From the NCBI GenBank assembly GCA_021776565.1, contig JAJFFQ010000065.1, positions 3,358-67,357 on the forward strand: DNA of 64,000 bases, given 5' to 3'. The position numbers and the translations under genes were made by a program. This document shows positions 60,491-64,000 of the stretch, one piece after another. Below the pieces are notes generated by a model that saw only the letters and a program-made list of their open reading frames with translations, did no database searches and had not been told where the DNA came from. Source of the stretch: Robiginitomaculum sp. (lineage in GTDB: Bacteria > Pseudomonadota > Alphaproteobacteria > Caulobacterales > Maricaulaceae). Position 1 is the stretch's first letter, and each line of letters begins with the position of its first letter.

Positions 60491-61966
60491 ATGGAATTAC
60501 AAAACAAGGCCACCAGTCTTTGGGGTGATTTTTTACGTGTTGATAAAATACAGATCAGAACTTTCCACGTAACGTGGTTTGCGTTCTTTTTGTGTTTCTT
60601 TGCCTGGTTTGGCATTGCGCCTTTGATGGCGGTTGTCCGTGAAGAATTATCACTGACCAAAGAGCAAGTTGGCTGGACAATCATCGGGGCCGTCTCGGCA
60701 ACGGTGTTTGCCCGGATATTGATCGGCTGGTTATGTGACCATTATGGCCCAAGACTGACCTATACATGGTTGTTGGTTCTGGCCTCCTTGCCGGTTATGG
60801 GTATCGGACTTGCCCAGGACTATACAACCTTCCTGATTTTCAGAATTTTAATCGGGGTGATCGGCGCCAGCTTTGTCATTACCCAATATCATACAACCAA
60901 TATGTTTGCGCCCAATGTGGTTGGGCAGGCCAATGCGACCAGCGCCGGTTGGGGCAATTTGGGCGGCGGTGTCACCCAGTTTGCCATGCCAATGATCTTC
61001 TCTATCTTTGTTATTGGATTTGGCATGAACGCAGCCTTTGGCTGGCGTGCCTCAATGGTTGTTGCCGGTGCGGTGATTTTAGTGACCGGTATTGTCTATT
61101 ACGTCTTTACCCAGGATGCCCCGGACGGCAGTTATAAGGACTTACGCGCCCAGGGCAAAATGGCACCTAGAAATCAAACCACAGGAAATTTCTTTCACGC
61201 CCTGAAGGATTACAGGGTGTGGATGTTGTTTTTCATCTATGCCGCATGTTTTGGTATCGAGCTAACCATCTTTGGAACGCTGGCTCTGTATTTCTTTGAT
61301 TATTTTGGCCTTAACCTGGTGACCGCTGGTGTGGTTGCGGCAAGCTTTGGTTTGATGAACATTTTTGCCCGTACACTGGGCGGCATATTCGGTGACAATT
61401 TTGCCTCGCTCTGGGGTTTGAAAGGCCGGGCAACATGGTTGTTCATTGCGCTCTTCATTGAGGGTCTGGCCCTGATGCTGTTCTCACAAATGCATGTTCT
61501 GTTTCTGGCCATCCCAACCCTGTTGTTCTTCTCACTGTTTACCCAGATGTCTGAAGGTGCAACGTTTTCGGTGGTTCCCTTTATTTCCAAAAAATCATTG
61601 GGGGCAGTTGCCGGTGTTGTCGGTGCCGGCGGTAATGTTGGCGCGGTTGCGGCGGGTTTCCTGTTCAAGGGCGAGATGGATTGGCATACGTCATATCTTA
61701 TTCTTGGTGCTTTGGTGACCGGTGCTTCTTTCCTGGCTTTGCTGGTTCGCTTTAGCAAGGCAGATGAAATTGAAGCAGAAGAGCGGTTTGACTCTGGCTT
61801 CACCCGCCACAGAAAAGAGGCGGCCCGAAAACACCTTGAAGTCCTGGGGATGGCGTCTGAAGAAATTGACAAGGTCAAGGTCTTTGGCAGTCGCGAAGCT
61901 CATGCGTTCAAACGCCTGGAAGCCCTTGGGGTTGATATGAGTAGTGTGAAGTTAAAAGCCGAATAA
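60491..61966 (+). CDS. narK: MFS nitrate/nitrite transporter (NarK/NasA family) with a hydrophilic C-terminal extension
   Basis: FHVTWFAFFLCFFAWFGIAPLM and GWGNLGGG are NNP-family motifs. GGAGGG SD lies before ATG 60491. Confidence 0.9.
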   Translation: MELQNKATSLWGDFLRVDKIQIRTFHVTWFAFFLCFFAWFGIAPLMAVVREELSLTKEQVGWTIIGAVSATVFARILIGWLCDHYGPRLTYTWLLVLASLPVMGIGLAQDYTTFLIFRILIGVIGASFVITQYHTTNMFAPNVVGQANATSAGWGNLGGGVTQFAMPMIFSIFVIGFGMNAAFGWRASMVVAGAVILVTGIVYYVFTQDAPDGSYKDLRAQGKMAPRNQTTGNFFHALKDYRVWMLFFIYAACFGIELTIFGTLALYFFDYFGLNLVTAGVVAASFGLMNIFARTLGGIFGDNFASLWGLKGRATWLFIALFIEGLALMLFSQMHVLFLAIPTLLFFSLFTQMSEGATFSVVPFISKKSLGAVAGVVGAGGNVGAVAAGFLFKGEMDWHTSYLILGALVTGASFLALLVRFSKADEIEAEERFDSGFTRHRKEAARKHLEVLGMASEEIDKVKVFGSREAHAFKRLEALGVDMSSVKLKAE

Positions 61967-61992
61967 ACATCTGGCACACAACAATGAAAAAT

Positions 61993-62014
61993 GGGGGCTC
62001 TGCCCCCGTTTTTT
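61993..62014 (+). terminator. rho-independent terminator after narK(1)
   Basis: GGGGGC-tct-GCCCCC followed by GTTTTTT. Confidence 0.75.
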
Positions 62015-62076
62015 GATGCTGCCTTGGGCTTTGATTCTAAAAATGTGAACAAGGACGCACACAAAAAATATTATTT

Positions 62077-62090
62077 TTGATCTAGGTCAA
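62077..62090. promoter_or_regulatory. Fnr/Dnr/Crp-type box upstream of narK(2)
   Basis: TTGATctagGTCAA has the same half-sites as 60405-60418 and lies 92 nt upstream of ATG 62182. Confidence 0.5.
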
Positions 62091-62181
62091 ACAGAAAGGC
62101 GGCGAAATTTGTCAATTTGTGTGCAGCTGTTTGGACGCTCTGGAATCGCGTCTGATCGTTTTTCAAGTAAAGGAGGCTGAT

Positions 62182-63789
62182 ATGGCCAACGATCTTAAAC
62201 AATGGAACCCGGAAGACGAGACGGAATGGGCGTCGACCGGCAAGGCAATTGCCAATCGTAATTTGTGGATTTCCATACCGGCGCTTTTGTGTGGCTTTGC
62301 CGTGTGGCTCTATTGGGGCATTATCACGGTTCAGATGATAAATCTGGGCTATCCGTTTGCCAAATCCGAACTATTCACCCTGGCGGCCATTGCTGGCCTG
62401 ACCGGTGCAACTTTGCGGATACCTTCAACGTTTTTTATCCGCATTGCCGGTGGGCGGAACACCATCTTTTTTACCACCGCGTTACTGATACTGCCTGCGG
62501 CCGGAACCGGGATGCTGCTGCAAAATCCCGACACGCCGCTTTGGCAATTTCAACTGATGGCGCTGCTTTCCGGCTTTGGTGGCGGTAACTTCGCATCCTC
62601 GATGTCTAATATCAGCTTTTTCTTTCCCAAGAAAATGGCTGGCTATTCGCTGGGCATGAATGCAGGGCTTGGCAATTTTGGTGTTACCACCATGCAAATT
62701 CTGGTGCCTTTGGTGATGACCGCTGCCATTTTTGGCGGTGCGCCCATGGTGCTGGAAGCCACCTCTGGCACCTTGATCGGCAAAATTCCTGCTGGGACGG
62801 AAACCTATCTGCACAATGCCGGTTTCATCTGGGTTGTCATTCTGGTTCCCATCGTTCTTGCCGCCTGGTTTGGTATGAACAACATTACCGCTGACCATGT
62901 CTCGCCCAATATCGGATCACCGATTGGGGCGTTTGCTAAAATTACCGGCATGTTGCTTATCGGCTTTACCACGGCCATTTTTGGCCTGTGGTTGATGCTG
63001 CCGGCCGATGTAGGTGGTTCCGGCATGATGATTAGTAAATGGATTGTGCTGCCGATCGTGATTGCCCTGACGGTGTTTGCCTTAAAGCTTATTCCGGGTG
63101 CGATAAAAGACAGCCTCAACCACCAGTACAAAATCTTCAGTAACAAACACACCTGGGCAATGACGGTGATCTACACCATGACCTTTGGTTCCTTCATTGG
63201 TTATGCGGTGGCGTTTGGTCTTTCCATCAAGGTGGTTTTTGGTTTTCAGCACGTCATGGTTGACGGGGTGATGACTCATAACCTTGCCAACCCGGATGGC
63301 CCCAGCGCCCTGATGTTTGCCTGGACCGGGCCATTTATTGGCGCGCTTATTCGCCCTATTGGCGGCATGATTGCCGATAAAATGGGCGGTGCCAAAGTCA
63401 CCCAAATCATTTCCGTGGTCATGGTGGCTGCGGCGCTGGGTGTCGCCTATTACATGAAACTGGCCTATGGCTCGGCCACGCCGCAGGATTATTTCATGCC
63501 GTTTCTGGTATTGTTCCTGATCCTGTTTGCCGCAACCGGTATTGGTAATGGCTCTACCTTTCGCACCATCGCTTTTGTTTTTGACAAGGAACAGGCCGGG
63601 CCGGTTCTGGGCTGGACGTCTGCGGTTGCTGCATACGGTGCCTTTATCATTCCCAAAGTGTTTGGTGAACAGATCAAGGATACAACGCCGGAATATGCGC
63701 TCTATGGTTTTGCTGCCTTTTATGCACTTTGCATTTTGATAAACTGGTGGTTCTACCTTCGTAAAAACGCCTATGTGAAGAACCCGTAA
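62182..63789 (+). CDS. narK: MFS nitrate/nitrite antiporter (NarK2-type)
   Basis: AGGAGG SD. WISIPALLCGFAVWLYW, GGGNFASSM and GLGNFG are NNP motifs. Confidence 0.9.
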   Translation: MANDLKQWNPEDETEWASTGKAIANRNLWISIPALLCGFAVWLYWGIITVQMINLGYPFAKSELFTLAAIAGLTGATLRIPSTFFIRIAGGRNTIFFTTALLILPAAGTGMLLQNPDTPLWQFQLMALLSGFGGGNFASSMSNISFFFPKKMAGYSLGMNAGLGNFGVTTMQILVPLVMTAAIFGGAPMVLEATSGTLIGKIPAGTETYLHNAGFIWVVILVPIVLAAWFGMNNITADHVSPNIGSPIGAFAKITGMLLIGFTTAIFGLWLMLPADVGGSGMMISKWIVLPIVIALTVFALKLIPGAIKDSLNHQYKIFSNKHTWAMTVIYTMTFGSFIGYAVAFGLSIKVVFGFQHVMVDGVMTHNLANPDGPSALMFAWTGPFIGALIRPIGGMIADKMGGAKVTQIISVVMVAAALGVAYYMKLAYGSATPQDYFMPFLVLFLILFAATGIGNGSTFRTIAFVFDKEQAGPVLGWTSAVAAYGAFIIPKVFGEQIKDTTPEYALYGFAAFYALCILINWWFYLRKNAYVKNP

Positions 63790-63868
63790 ACACCAATGGT
63801 TTCGCGGGTATAATTGCCTGCGAAACTTTCTGCTTTCCAGCATATGCGAACTCTTTAGGACAAAATTC

Positions 63869-64000
63869 ATGAGCAATTTTATCGACAGACTGACCTATTT
63901 CTCCAAGGTTGAAGGCAAGTTCTCCAACGGCCATGGCATTACCACCAGTGAGGCCAGAGACTGGGAAAAAGCCTATCGTGGGCGCTGGGCGCACGACAAG
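63869..64000 (+). CDS. narG: respiratory nitrate reductase alpha subunit (N-terminal fragment, runs off the window end)
   Basis: MSNFIDRLTYFSKVEGKFSNGHGITTSEARDWEKAYRGRWAHDK parallels the E. coli NarG N-terminus (MSKFLDRFRYFKQKGETFADGHG...RDWEDGYRQRWQHDK). Confidence 0.85.
   Translation, partial: MSNFIDRLTYFSKVEGKFSNGHGITTSEARDWEKAYRGRWAHDK

Overview
This 64-kb chromosomal window looks alphaproteobacterial. It has the conserved rplU-rpmA-GNAT-obg-proB-proA-nadD ... rsfS-rlmH-envC-ctpA-yibQ-rppH and sucCDAB backbones. It also has flbT/flaF with three short flagellins behind sigma54-type promoters, and many palindromic REP units of the GTCATT...AATGAC and TTCGACAAGCTCAG types. I recognised no rRNA, tRNA, CRISPR array, transposase or integrase. 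Many longest-ORF starts in the track are TTG/GTG over-extensions, so I re-picked starts where an ATG, a Shine-Dalgarno (SD) motif or the family N-terminus supported it. Blocks: (1) 1-17.7 kb is an aromatic, tryptophan-derived catabolic supercluster. It holds iorBA, enoyl-CoA hydratase, acyl-CoA dehydrogenase, thioesterase, RidA, a 2-aminobenzoyl-CoA (or salicylyl-CoA) monooxygenase/reductase fusion, a class-V PLP enzyme, an NSS transporter, a CDGSH-bicupin fusion, kynurenine formamidase, kynureninase, an acyl-CoA ligase and an aldehyde dehydrogenase. A 35-bp x4.5 tandem array lies upstream of kynU. (2) 17.9-30.1 kb is the housekeeping string, interrupted between nadD and rsfS by a 1.1-kb AT-rich parDE islet bracketed by 12-bp direct repeats. 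(3) 30.7-38.4 kb is sucC/sucD/sucA/sucB, with sucC and sucD split by a 1.5-kb insertion (a GTG-coupled orphan ORF, a REP cluster and higBA). (4) 38.4-51.9 kb holds MoxR, a TPR-glycosyltransferase-like protein, flbT-flaF, a large REP palindrome, three flagellins, flaG, a heme-c DUF3365 protein and a nonulosonic-acid (pse/leg-like) gene set. (5) 52-53.9 kb is an AT-richer trio: a secreted Cys-rich protein, a YtrA-type GntR and a polytopic membrane protein. (6) 53.9-57.7 kb encodes methylmalonyl-CoA mutase. (7) 57.8-58.6 kb is an orphan endolysin plus 3-TM holin cassette. (8) 58.6-64 kb is a nitrate module: a NIT-domain::Crp/Fnr fusion regulator divergent from narK-narK-narG, with twin TTGAT-N4-GTCAA boxes. 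My best candidates for undescribed biology are the NIT-Crp/Fnr one-component regulator, the CDGSH-bicupin fusion in the anthranilate cluster, the insertion inside the sucCD operon, and the tandem 35-mer array.
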